Positions 1 through 11,147 of a DNA stretch of 64,000 bases are shown here, piece by piece. Each line of letters starts with the position of its first letter. The stretch's first letter is position 1. A program made the position numbers and the translations under genes. The DNA is taken from NCBI GenBank assembly GCA_054600435.1, contig BAAIJX010000016.1:124001-188000 (forward strand), read 5' to 3'. The notes below the pieces were generated by a model. That model was given only the letters and a program-made list of their open reading frames with translations, searched no databases and was not told the origin of the DNA. Origin of the DNA: Neophaeotheca triangularis (Eukaryota).

Positions 1-507
1 TGGCCTAGAAAAGAGCGAGTCCTGTAGTGGTACTGAATGGGGCAACGTCTGAGGAACGCCTCGCATGGCCTCCGGAGAGAAGGCGCTTGGGTTGTAAGTC
101 GACGTCGAAGCTGAGGAGACGTTCTGATCTACCTCCAGCCCAGCTGTGGAAGTCGCAGTAGTCTTCGAGCTGCTCTGTTGCGACGTCTCTCCCTGCTTCT
201 GCTTCTTGTTGGACTCCTGCGTCGAGTTGCGTCGGGCATCGATTTCGGCATTGGCGGAGCTCGCGCGCTTTTGCGCTGCTACCGACCCGGGCTCACTGTA
301 TCCGGAGCATTCCAGCCTATTTTGCTTGCATGTCTCGCACGCCGGTCGCTCGCCCGAGCAAGCAGTCTTCCTCTTTCGACATGTCAAGCATGCGGCGCCA
401 ATTCTCCGCCTCTTCGGGTGTGGCGCATTCTGTGTGATAAAGCGCAGCTTCTTGGGCTGCGATCCCCCCTGTTGCGCATTCTCGTGCGCTTCACCGTTTC
501 CGCTCAT
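1..507 (-). CDS. Zn(II)2Cys6 (GAL4-type) fungal transcription factor, 5' part; runs off the window start
   Basis: Manual translation from the ATG at 507 gives MSGNGEAHENAQQGGSQPKKLRFITQNAPHPKRRRIGAACLTCRKRKTACSGERPACETCKQNRLECSGY. This is a canonical CX2CX6CX6CX2CX6C binuclear cluster, and the frame stays open to base 1. Not in the supplied ORF track because its stop lies outside the window. Confidence 0.93.
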   Translation of the reverse strand, partial: MSGNGEAHENAQQGGSQPKKLRFITQNAPHPKRRRIGAACLTCRKRKTACSGERPACETCKQNRLECSGYSEPGSVAAQKRASSANAEIDARRNSTQESNKKQKQGETSQQSSSKTTATSTAGLEVDQNVSSASTSTYNPSAFSPEAMRGVPQTLPHSVPLQDSLFSRP

Positions 508-1609
508 GGTGTTGATATCGTTTGGGCCCTATGTGGCGTGGATCATGCGACACAGAGTGCCTTTGACTCGAATAGTGCAAAGACACGCAGGGTCATTCTC
601 GACGGCGGTCTCGGCGGACCGCGTGGCGTCTCGAGCAATCGACATCCAGGTATTAGGGCTGGGAGGACAAGCGACGGCAAGATGAGGAGGCGCGGAGAAG
701 GGGTGGGCAGCAAGCAAGTACTCAGGTATGTAACAAGCAAGCAGGCAAGAGGCTCAGCGCGAGCGGGGATTGTGCCAGAGATGAGGTTCAGGTACAGGCT
801 CAGGGTGCAGTACTAAGTGCAAGGACGTTGGTTCTCGGATGTACAAGGACTAGGTAAGTAGCAGCAGGTGAGTTTGGTAAGGTGTAGAGGGTATGTACGA
901 TGAGAAGTCTTCCAGGCCCATCTCCAGCTTTCCATACATGATTAACGTTACTAGTACCTGGGATATGATGGATCTCTCTGCAACGACCAAACGACCACTC
1001 GCGGATTGTTGGCCGACTTAGGTTCCCCACAATAACTGGCGAGTTAACCTGGGCATCTACAATACAGTACCAAAGTACGTACAGTGCTACACCGAGACAC
1101 CCGTGGTCCCGTGCCCATGCCCAGGTGGCTTTCACCTGCATAACAGAAACAAACTCCCTCGCCATGCCTTTCTGAACTCCTAGCGCCACTGTCCTGCGTA
1201 TACATAGGAAGCTCTGCCAAGTCCCACCACTTCAGGCTCACCATTTGACTCTTGACCCTTGACCTTTAACCCTTTCTCCGCTCGAATAGGGTGGCACCGG
1301 CAGTGCGGTCAAGACTCCACCCCATCCGCGCGAGGCACGTGCAATGACAATAATAAGAATCGACGAGCGGCCACGGGGTCCACGGCTCACGACCTCGTCT
1401 CGAGAGACTCTCTGATCGGATGCTTCGGCGGCTTCGGCTGTCCCGGCCCTAAGCTGGACATGGCCGGCCGTGGAGCGCCGAGCCCTCTGTCAATGACTAT
1501 CTTTACCGCTACACATCTCTGCATAACCGACCACTATTGAAGACACATCACCCAAGCAACTGTATTCCGAGTTTGTCCCACCACTCGACGAAGGTAGAGA
1601 GAGACAGCC

Positions 1610-2731
1610 ATGGAGCCTTCGGTCACCCGATGCTTAGCCGCAGCGGCCTCTTCATTGAGTGCACGCCGCCTAGCCCTTCGCCATCAACCCGCCGCGCTAC
1701 GCTGCATCCATACCACCGTTCCTACTTCAGCCACCCCAGTGTCGCATCCCACTGTCGCCGGACCACCTCCCCAACCACCAAAGGTCGCCGCTACACAACC
1801 TGAGGATCGACGAGCAAGGAAGCGAGAGCAAGCCGAGGCCCTCATCCAAAATCAAAGGACCAAAACGAACCCGGCAAAACCGAGCACTGCATTGCAGAAG
1901 CGCTTTTGGAAAAGTGTCAGCGTGCAAGAGGTAGAGGATGGTCTACAAGTGCATCTTGACTCCCGACCAGTACGGACGGCGGACCGAAAGATTCTCATTC
2001 TGCCTCACAGCAAGCGTCCGCTTGCCACAAGCATAGCGCTAGAATGGGACCTCTTGGTATCAGCTCAGCAGGCACTCAAGAACCACTACATCCCTATGAC
2101 TTCGATAGCATCGCGAGCCATGGACATCGCAACCGATGATGCAGCCAACAAACCAAACACCCGCCAGGATTTGGTTACAACAGTTATGAGGTACTTGGGT
2201 ACAGACACTCTGCTATGCTGGGCACCTGAGAAGAATCGACATGATCCGAACGAGCCGCAAGGGGACAAGTCACTGCGCGCGCAGCAAGTGGCAGTCGCTG
2301 AGCCCATCATCGCCTTCTTGAAGACGCACATCTTCCCTGGCGTGGAAATCCACCCCATCCTGAGCGAAGAGTCCATTGTCCCTCGTGCTCAGCCAGAAGT
2401 GACGCGAGAAGTCATCAAAGGATGGGTGAGCGGTCTTCCAGCCTTCGAGCTTGCTGCTCTCGAGCGAGGAGTGCTGGCTACCAAGAGCTTGCTAGTCGCC
2501 ACGAGGTTGGTGGTGGAATGGAGCCGCGAGTTTGAGGGACTGAGGAAGGATGTACAAGGACAGGACGGTGAAGATGGCACGAGGAGGTTTGGCATTGAAG
2601 AAGCGGCGGAGGCGGCAACCACGGAGGTCAGCTGGCAGACAGGCATGTGGGGTGAGGTCGAAGATTCGCATGATGTTGACAAGGCGGACCTTGCGAGGCA
2701 GCTGGGAAGTGCTGTACTCCTAGTGAGTTGA
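1610..2731 (+). CDS. ATP12: Mitochondrial F1 ATP synthase assembly chaperone Atp12 (ATPAF2)
   Basis: Intronless 373-aa ORF with an Arg/Ser/Ala-rich mitochondrial presequence and Atp12 motifs KRFWKSVSV, VHLDSRPVRT, LATSIALEWD and WGEVEDSHDVD. Confidence 0.93.
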   Translation: MEPSVTRCLAAAASSLSARRLALRHQPAALRCIHTTVPTSATPVSHPTVAGPPPQPPKVAATQPEDRRARKREQAEALIQNQRTKTNPAKPSTALQKRFWKSVSVQEVEDGLQVHLDSRPVRTADRKILILPHSKRPLATSIALEWDLLVSAQQALKNHYIPMTSIASRAMDIATDDAANKPNTRQDLVTTVMRYLGTDTLLCWAPEKNRHDPNEPQGDKSLRAQQVAVAEPIIAFLKTHIFPGVEIHPILSEESIVPRAQPEVTREVIKGWVSGLPAFELAALERGVLATKSLLVATRLVVEWSREFEGLRKDVQGQDGEDGTRRFGIEEAAEAATTEVSWQTGMWGEVEDSHDVDKADLARQLGSAVLLVS

Positions 2732-3593
2732 GCTGTACAACTATAAGGAAATACATGTGTAAGTGCCATCACGAGGCTGGCTTGTATCGATATTACAGGT
2801 GGCCTCTGATTAATAAAACCTTGATCGAAAGCACCTTGCCCTCGCGAAATGAAAACGACTATTCAGTATCCCAGTAATCTGTGCCATCTCTCCTAGGCTC
2901 ATACTACGCTGTCACACTTCAGACCTCTACACCTGATGTTATAGTACGGTCAAGCGAAAGGACTTCCTCTGCTGCTATGTAACTACAGCATTGCATCTGT
3001 TTCGTTAGCTACCGCCGGGAGAACGAAGCATTCGAGATAATTGAGCCAACTATAAGCGTCCCCGGCAGAATTCAATTCCTCGGTTTTTGAGACCCAACTA
3101 AGATATTACAGAAAGTCTCCAGACTCGCCGCGAATACTTAGGATGGCTGCTTAGAGGTGAGAAGACCCCATTATTGTGGCAGAGAGGAGTGCTTTCCAGA
3201 GAACACTCAACACGTGACCAAGTGAAAGTTTCCATTAACGCCTCGGCCCACCTGGGCACCTGCAGGCTGACGTCGAGCTAGCGCCACAGGCACAACACGC
3301 AATTGACGGGAACGCTGGGAGCTAAAGCCACAACACACCTGGGCACCGCACCGGCGTCACAAACAACACCTCGCGCGCAAATTTTATCTCTATACCGCGT
3401 CCAGACTGCCAAAACTTCACTCCCAGCATACGAAGGAGACAAAAAGAGCGTGAGAGATGAACTAAGCAACGCGCCCGGAGCCCGCCATATCCGAACTCAG
3501 CACCGCTTCGCCCATCGAGGCCATTCGCGTTTCATCCTGCACGCGTCCGTTCCTTGCAGCAATCAACGACTCCCCTGACTCGCATAAGTCACC

Positions 3594-5779
3594 ATGTCTG
3601 GCCCTTCAGTCTACTTCTCCTCACCTCCCTTCGCTCCACAATGGCCAGATGACCTGCCAAAGGTACTCTCACCACCGCTCGACGAGGGAAATCTACGCGC
3701 GCCATTCAGCATCAACAAGGAGCTCTACAACTTCTCGCTCAAGCCCCAAGTCCCTCTCATCTTCGCGACCACCTACGTGACCCTAGTCTTCCTGCTCAAC
3801 GCCTGGAACCGAAGCAGGAACAACCGACCGTGGTGGATCGCTAGACAGAAGCCATGGAAAGCCTTTGTGGTCTTGCACAATGTCGCGCTGGCAGTGTACA
3901 GCCTCGCGACCTTCGTGGCAATGGCTAGAGGCATATCGCGCGTCATTCCGGACTGGAACCCTCACAATGGCGTGGCAGAGTATGCAGACGCATTCTGTAA
4001 AGTCCACGGCCCACGGGGATTGGGGGATGCTGTGACCTACAACACGACTATCAATATCTGGGAGACGAAGAACATGATGGTTCACCTGGCGAACGGAAAC
4101 CCTGACCCGACGGACGTTGGAAGATTGTGGAATGAGGGCCTCGCGTTCTGGGGCTGGTTCTTTTACCTTAGCAAATTCTACGAGGTCATGGACACATTCA
4201 TCATTGTCGCCAAGGGCAAGAGGAGCGCGACTTTGCAGACCTACCATCATGCCGGAGCGATGTTGTGTATGTGGGCTGGCATTCGCTTCATGAGCCCGCC
4301 CATCTGGATGTTTGTGTTTATTAACAGTGGCATTCATGCTATGATGGTGAGTTTTCATGCTATCCGGTCTACCCGCCCGGGCTTTGCTAAATTATTCTCA
4401 AGTACACCTACTTCACCCTCTCCGCTCTTGGATATCGAGTCCCTCAAACAATTAAGCGTACCCTCACGAGCATGCAGATCGCCCAATTCGTCTTCGGAGC
4501 CAGCTACGCCGCCCTGCATTTGTTCATCCAGTACGACATCCCGATCCAAACGCCCTACCAGGTACTGTCGAGTGTGCAGTCAGTAGCATCCACTGCCAGC
4601 TCTGCCGTCAACTCCGCTACTTCTACCGTCGAAGAGATCTTCGAGTCACCCACCGCTGTGGCCACTTACCGCGCTCTTATCAAGAAACTCCTTTTGCGAG
4701 CAGCTGGCGAAGAAGGTGCCGCCGAGCGTATTAGCAACGACCGCGGTCACCATGTTCCTCCCAAGGTCGAGCAGAAGATTGAGCAGTTCAGACAGGAAGC
4801 GCAACCAGCTCAACCAGCTGAACCGACCTACGAAACAAGGTGGCGCTCGGATTACACCAAGATCAACTGCCTCGACACTACTGGCCAGGCCTTTGCCGTC
4901 TATCTCAACTTGCTATACCTCTTCCCCCTGACCGTTCTCTTCGCGCGCTTCTTCATCAAAGCCTACACGCATCGCAGCGGCAAGCGTCGATCCATTTCCG
5001 AGAACATCCGCGAAGCTCCCAGCAATGCTGCCAAAGCCGAGCGCGAAACAAAAGAATACATCGAACGCAACGCAGAAGCTGTCGAAGACGAAGTCAGGAG
5101 GAGAAGCAGCCTTGCCAAGGGTGACCCGGAAGAAGCCCGCAGGCAATTTCAAGAGGATCTCAAGAACGCCAAGGAAGCTGCCGGCAAAGCCCAACGCCGT
5201 GTTTCAGAACGTGTGCACAGCTACGAAGGCAAGATCGGCAACGCCGCTGAAAAGGCCAAGCAGACCGCCAGAGACGCCGCCGCAGGAGGCAAGGACTCGC
5301 CGCAACAGACCCCCTCTTCGAAGCAGCAGAGCGGCAAAGAGCTGCATGAGGTCGCAGAGCAAATGAAGAAATCCAACGACAGCGCGATCGAAGATGAACC
5401 CGAAACTGAATCTCCCTTCAAGCCCGAGCAGAAAAGCAACCTCAATAACGAGGCCAAAGGCTCCCCCAGCAAGAAGAAGAACAAGAACAAGAACAAGAAC
5501 AACAATGGTGGTCAGCAATCTCCCTTCAAGCCCAACTCATCGACCAACGCCGAGTCTGAGAAGAAGCAGGAGGCCAACATGGCTGAGTCGCAAGACTTGC
5601 GTCCCGGGACTGGTGGCAAGGCTACAGAGGAAGAGAAGCAGGCTGGTGCCAGTGACGACACCGATGCCATGGGCCAAAGCGGGTCGATCGTCGATGTGGC
5701 TGCTGAGAAGGCTGAGGAGGCTAAGGAGGAGGCCAAGGAGGGCGAGGGTCCGGGATTGTTGGCGAAGCCTAATGCGTAG
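3594..5779 (+). CDS. GNS1/SUR4 (ELO) family fatty-acid elongase-like membrane protein with a long charged C-terminal tail; exons 3594-4346 and 4403-5779
   Basis: ELO motifs FYLSKFYEVMDT, LQTYHH and NSGIHAMM|YTYF. A GTGAGT...GCTAA...AAG intron at 4347-4402 joins the 330-aa and 435-aa ORFs in frame. Confidence 0.9.
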
Positions 5780-7224
5780 TGTGATGGCAGTCCACTAACC
5801 TGTCGGAAAGGGCAATGGATGCTGGGCTGGAGTGGCGGTAGGATATGTTTCCATAATGGCTTCGGAGTGCGGATGAAGGATGGAGTACAGTACTAATTGC
5901 AAAGTCTGTGACCGTGTACCCGCGTTCATAACAACGCGCTTCAACCTTTGAGATTTACTACTGTACTATTAATGCCACGACGACTCGTACTTGCTTAGAT
6001 TGAGGCTCCTGACAATGGGGGCTATTGTTTGTCCACTGAAAAAAGGTCTGAGAATTTTGGTCGTTATCACGCACGGCAACGCGTCAATGAAAATTGCGCA
6101 GCCCCTAGAGCTCCAGTATTCGACAATCTCCGTAAGTGGACGGTATTGTAGAGCTTACTACAGCGTACCTAAGGTATGAATGCACAGCTGTGTACTCTTA
6201 CCTTACTCCTAGTGGCATGACTTCCTACTTGGGTAATGGCAATGACTTGCAGACTTACGACGGTCATGGCTCCAGGCTCCTACCTTGGCGGGAGCGACAC
6301 GGCGAAGCTCGACCACTTTTGGTAAGACGGCGAATCTCCGGCCCGATCGAAGGGGGAGGGAGAGTCAAGGGACGAAGCTGCAAATCTGTCCAGGTCGTCC
6401 AGGAATAGAAGGGGGATTTATCATTTGACCAGCTCTGCAGTCTTGGCGCGGCGCTTCGACGTCTTTCGGGCGCACTACTCTGGGCAGGGCTGTGACCTGT
6501 CCTCCAAGAACCAACCTCTAGGCACTCCTCCAATCCTACTAGCAAACCTAGGTAGTGACGTTACGCGCCCTCTTCACGAGTCCTCACCCCCTCCCTATAC
6601 ACATCAACGCCCTAGGGCAGTCTATCACTTTCCAAAAATATAAAGGGCAGCCATGTCCAAGCACAGCAGGACTCGGGAGAATCCAGGCTATTGGCCGGGT
6701 CGAGGTTTGTTGGAGTTGTAAATGCACGTCACGTGTAACAAGGCAGTGCGGGCGGGACACTTGCCGCTATGAAACCTTGAGGAATTACGTATGCGGAGCA
6801 GCGTAAGGTACCTTACCCGCTCACTCATCACTCACTCACTACTGAGGGCAGTGAGGGGCCAGTAAGTCAAGTTAAGTTCGGCCTGAGGTGGCTATGAGGA
6901 GAGACTAGACCAGACGACATGCTTGGACATGCTGTCTGTCAAAAGAGCCTTCATGCCATCCCTAACTTTCCTCCTCATTAAGTTATGCCTCGTGCCGCCG
7001 CCGTGTTACCAGCAACCTAATCCTGTCTCCCCCCTCTTCCTTCGCTTGTCTTCACTCATCTACACAGGCCAGCGCAGATCCTAGTCGACATCGTTATTGT
7101 TTTATTGTTTCATTGTTCCGCTTGCAGCCCCTCACCAGCATTTCCATCATCCCTACACCTCTCTTTGTCCTTTCATCCCACCAGACGTTTTCATTGCTAA
7201 TCCGAGCCCGGTGCGTCACAAACA

Positions 7225-9942
7225 ATGGCCCGGAGGCTTTCGTCAATGTTCATGTCGGGCGTACCGTCAGAACAGCAACAGCAACAGCAACATCCACAGC
7301 AGAGAGCCATGTCGCCAGCCAACGCCCACGCCCACGCCCACGCTCCTGGTTCGCGAGGCCCGTCACCACCGCGAGCGCGATCGCCGGGTCCCAGCAAGCT
7401 TCAAAAGACCGGTCCTGCACACGAACGAGCGCCTTCAGGCCAGTATCTCGCACCAAATCCGACACATCCGCCCCAGCCTACCCTTCAAGACCTCAAGCAA
7501 GACTACGCTGGGAAAATGGAGGGCGGAGCTCCTAGCCCACTCATGCCCCCTCCCGCAATCACAGGCGGGTCTCAATACAGATCTAATTCTCACGATCGGT
7601 CATCTCGACCTGGGAGCGCTTACGGCAGCAGACCTAGCACCCCCGTCAGACATCCCTCCGGACAGCTCCCGCCCGCGTCCCCTGCCAGCGATAAGAAGGA
7701 CAAGGAGAAGAAGGGCTGGTTTGGGAAGAGCAAGAAGAAGGGTGGGGAGGAGAAAGGGCCGGTAGCATGGATCGCGGGACATCCGCAGAAGATGGCGTAC
7801 GATGCAGAAGGGCTGGTGAACGGACGACCAGCGCGTGAGCTGTGGGATGAAATGGAAGGAAACTGCTTTGTTTACCTCTTCCCACGCGAATCTGGTAAAG
7901 GGGCTTCCTTCCGTGTCGATTCCGGTATTTTCGGATCGTCCTCTGTGCTGTTGAAAATGGCGTTTGGCGACTCGAATGTCGGTCAGACAGATGACAGGCG
8001 GCAAGCCCCAGTGGATGCGAGAATGCAAGCAATGGGGCTGCATGACGGACAACATCAGCCGCATGGAGGCTCTTCATCTTCAGGTGGTTCCCAAGGAAGG
8101 TATTCTGGTTTCTCAGATGTCCCTTCAGAAGTACACCTCTACCTCCCTGTGCGCCTCTCTGGTGTTCCGACTCCCTACCCAGACCCTACCAACAAGACTG
8201 CCGTGGACGATCTTCAGACACTCGTCGACTATCGAAACCTGTTCGCTTTCCTCTCCGGTCAATCTATCGTGGCTACCGAGAAGCGCAGTTCCTTCTTCCA
8301 CATCTTCATGACCATGGCGTCAATGTTGAAGGGATTCGAATTCACCAACCTTGATGGCTCTACTTTTGGCGAAGTGGCCTCTTCCAGCTTTGACAACTAC
8401 GTCGAAGAACTCGGACTGGCTGATGTTCGATCGAGCCGCGAAGCGACTATCGAAGGCATCGTGCTTGGGGAGCGAATGAGAAGCGTGGCACTGTACAACG
8501 AAGCCTTTACGCATTGCGCCGGCAAGCACGACGACATCGTTACTATGAAAAGCCCAAAGTACGGCATGATCTCGCCGATAACCCAGAACCGTTTGTCGAG
8601 AGCGGCCATGGACCTTGACAAACGTACTGCAAGCATCAGACTCATTCTCGAAGACTTCGATTTCCCAGCTGTCTTTGCGGGTATAGGCACGAGTAAAATG
8701 TCCGACGAGCGACGCGAGGGAGTCCGTTTCGATCAGTGGAAAGACCACTTCTTCAACATGCGCAAATTCTTCCTTGGCACGTGCAAGCAACGTTACGGTA
8801 ACTGGCCGCCTAAAGCTTCTTCTAAGAAAAACGAGCTCGCGACATCTGGCCTCAACCGCATAGTCTTGAGGGACCTTTACCATGATTTGAGCAGCTTGTA
8901 TGATCTGCTTGCCGACCGCGCAAACCTCACGACCCGCACAGTCGATGGTATCGACCACTCGGCCGCACGCGAAGAACCAACCGTTCGAGCTCTGCGTGCC
9001 CTTCTGAGCGAGTACGACCGCAGCAGCCCCCCAGTGAAACCCCCGGTCCCCTTTGACCTCCCGACACTGCCCAGCCTCAAATCAGCCCGTCCAGACTTTG
9101 GCACCGGCGACAAACGCGCAGACCTCAAAGCGATCCAAAAGAAACTCAAAGACGAGGAACTCACAACCATCCTCCGTAAATCTTGGAACGGCGATGCAAT
9201 TCTCACACCCTTTGTAAAGTCTTTTTGCGAAATGGAAACCCGCGCCTCCAAGGGCTGCACCATCGGCGAACTCGTCGACCAACGCATCGGCCAATGGATC
9301 TTCATGTACGTAGTCCTCCAAGCACTCCCCATGCTAGCCTGCGACGCACCGGGTCTCAAACACACAAAAGGCGTCGAGTATTTCCTCTCGCAGCCGCCGC
9401 GCTCTGGCGTCCCCTGGGCAAGCCAAGACGTCCAGCGCGACGGCAAACGCTCTTGGTACTCGGTCGGCGGCACCACAGGCGGCGGTGGCGTTGTGTCCCT
9501 CCCCAGTGATATCGTCGAGCACGGCGTCGAGGGTATCTATCGCCGCAGCCATTGCTGGCAAGCCGCCGAGCGTTGGAGCGCCGACAACCCCATCCTCAAT
9601 TCCGCTCTTCACGACAAGGAGGAAATAGACGCAGAACGTATGGCCGCCGCCGGCCACGGTCCTAGGGACTCTCACCTGCCGGCTCCGCCCTCGGCTCCCA
9701 ATGGTTTCTTGGCACCGAATAGTCGGTCTTCCAGCCCGGCGAGGAGTTCGAAACGGAACAGTTACATGGGACTGGGGTTGGAGGCGCTGCCGCTGCCTGC
9801 GGGAGTCACGCCGGATGGCTCGGCGCCTGTGGAGAGGCCGAGGAGTTCGCAGGGCACGCATGCGGTCGATGCTAGTAAGACTTTTGACGCGATACTCGGG
9901 GGAGGGGCGGGAGAGCAAGCGAAGAAGGGGAAGAAGAAGTGA
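7225..9942 (+). CDS. Conserved fungal protein of unknown function (905 aa), with low-complexity termini and a globular core
   Basis: Long intronless ORF with a protein-like core (ELWDEMEGNCFVYL, LYNEAFTHCAG, RIGQWIFMYVVLQAL). Function not recognised. Confidence 0.82.
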   Translation: MARRLSSMFMSGVPSEQQQQQQHPQQRAMSPANAHAHAHAPGSRGPSPPRARSPGPSKLQKTGPAHERAPSGQYLAPNPTHPPQPTLQDLKQDYAGKMEGGAPSPLMPPPAITGGSQYRSNSHDRSSRPGSAYGSRPSTPVRHPSGQLPPASPASDKKDKEKKGWFGKSKKKGGEEKGPVAWIAGHPQKMAYDAEGLVNGRPARELWDEMEGNCFVYLFPRESGKGASFRVDSGIFGSSSVLLKMAFGDSNVGQTDDRRQAPVDARMQAMGLHDGQHQPHGGSSSSGGSQGRYSGFSDVPSEVHLYLPVRLSGVPTPYPDPTNKTAVDDLQTLVDYRNLFAFLSGQSIVATEKRSSFFHIFMTMASMLKGFEFTNLDGSTFGEVASSSFDNYVEELGLADVRSSREATIEGIVLGERMRSVALYNEAFTHCAGKHDDIVTMKSPKYGMISPITQNRLSRAAMDLDKRTASIRLILEDFDFPAVFAGIGTSKMSDERREGVRFDQWKDHFFNMRKFFLGTCKQRYGNWPPKASSKKNELATSGLNRIVLRDLYHDLSSLYDLLADRANLTTRTVDGIDHSAAREEPTVRALRALLSEYDRSSPPVKPPVPFDLPTLPSLKSARPDFGTGDKRADLKAIQKKLKDEELTTILRKSWNGDAILTPFVKSFCEMETRASKGCTIGELVDQRIGQWIFMYVVLQALPMLACDAPGLKHTKGVEYFLSQPPRSGVPWASQDVQRDGKRSWYSVGGTTGGGGVVSLPSDIVEHGVEGIYRRSHCWQAAERWSADNPILNSALHDKEEIDAERMAAAGHGPRDSHLPAPPSAPNGFLAPNSRSSSPARSSKRNSYMGLGLEALPLPAGVTPDGSAPVERPRSSQGTHAVDASKTFDAILGGGAGEQAKKGKKK

Positions 9943-11147
9943 GGGAAGTAGGTAGGAGGGGAGATGATAGGCAGGTTTTCGAGGCTTGACGGGACTGGAT
10001 AGTGTGGGTTGGTGTCTGTGGTTGGGCGATTGTATGTATGATACCCCGAATTAGCACGAAAGTTTTGAGAGATGAGCTGGTGCAGATGTTCAGTGTACTC
10101 CAACCGTTCGAGGGCTCGAACGGTTTCAAGGATTGGCAATCCCACAGGACCAGACGCAACAGGTAGGTGGCACTGTACTAGACCTAAGCAACAGACTCGG
10201 ATTTCTTGACAGAGAGTTCGTGCACGAAGAGAAATACAGGTCTGGTGTCAGAGACCAGGCCAGCTATGTCAAACTCAGCGAGGCTGGCGTTATGCGACTC
10301 AAGAGACGGTGCGGCCCCGGAAGCAGCCCTCTAGCCGGGTTCCCATCGACCACAACACAAGGACGGCTGTGAGAGCTGCCGTTACTCCAGAGTCCCTCCT
10401 GCAAGACTCGACCACAGAACAGGCTTTGAGAGTTACAGACGGGCTCCAGACGTCCCAGCATCCGCACAACTCCACTTTTTCGTGCGATGACAAGCGTAAC
10501 GGGAGACGCAAATGGTATAGTTTTTGGTCCTGTCCGCGACACCCAGGTACGGCACCACCATGACACTGACTCCCCACCCCTCTGTCATAACACCTCGATG
10601 GAGCCAAGAGCGGGCCCGTTAACAGTCAGAAACAGTACAACGACCGGGACGGAAGGGTGAAGCATCGGGAACGGCATATATTGTCGCACGAGCTCGAGTA
10701 CCACCAGATGACAGACGCCTTACCCAGATCTCGCCATCGGGTAATTGCAAGCTGCGGTTCGATGCCTGATTGCCGACTTCTTGTGTGCCAGACGACATCG
10801 ATAGACCGTTTAACTAAGTCAAAGGTTCAAAATCTGTCATCAAGCTTGTACATCACACGGATAGGATAGACGCACACGAAGCCGTTACACAGACTTTGGC
10901 ACGAATGTGCTACTCTGCTTGCAAGACGGTGGTGTCGAGTACAAAGCTTCACCATGGTGTCTCTGGGTCTGTGGTATCAAACACACCATGACGCGACCGG
11001 GTCAGGTATGTCGTCGTCTTCCGACCTGGATACATTAACGAGGACTCGGCGAGAAAAAAGTATAAAGTGGCCATCCCATCCTCCTCACGGACATTCATCA
11101 TTCGTTGACAACACGCTTCAAGCACCTCTTCCAGACCCACAGCCAAC

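Noticed and set aside
146..816. Plus-strand ORFs of 179 and 212 aa
   Set aside because: Antisense shadows of the Zn2Cys6 gene on the minus strand.
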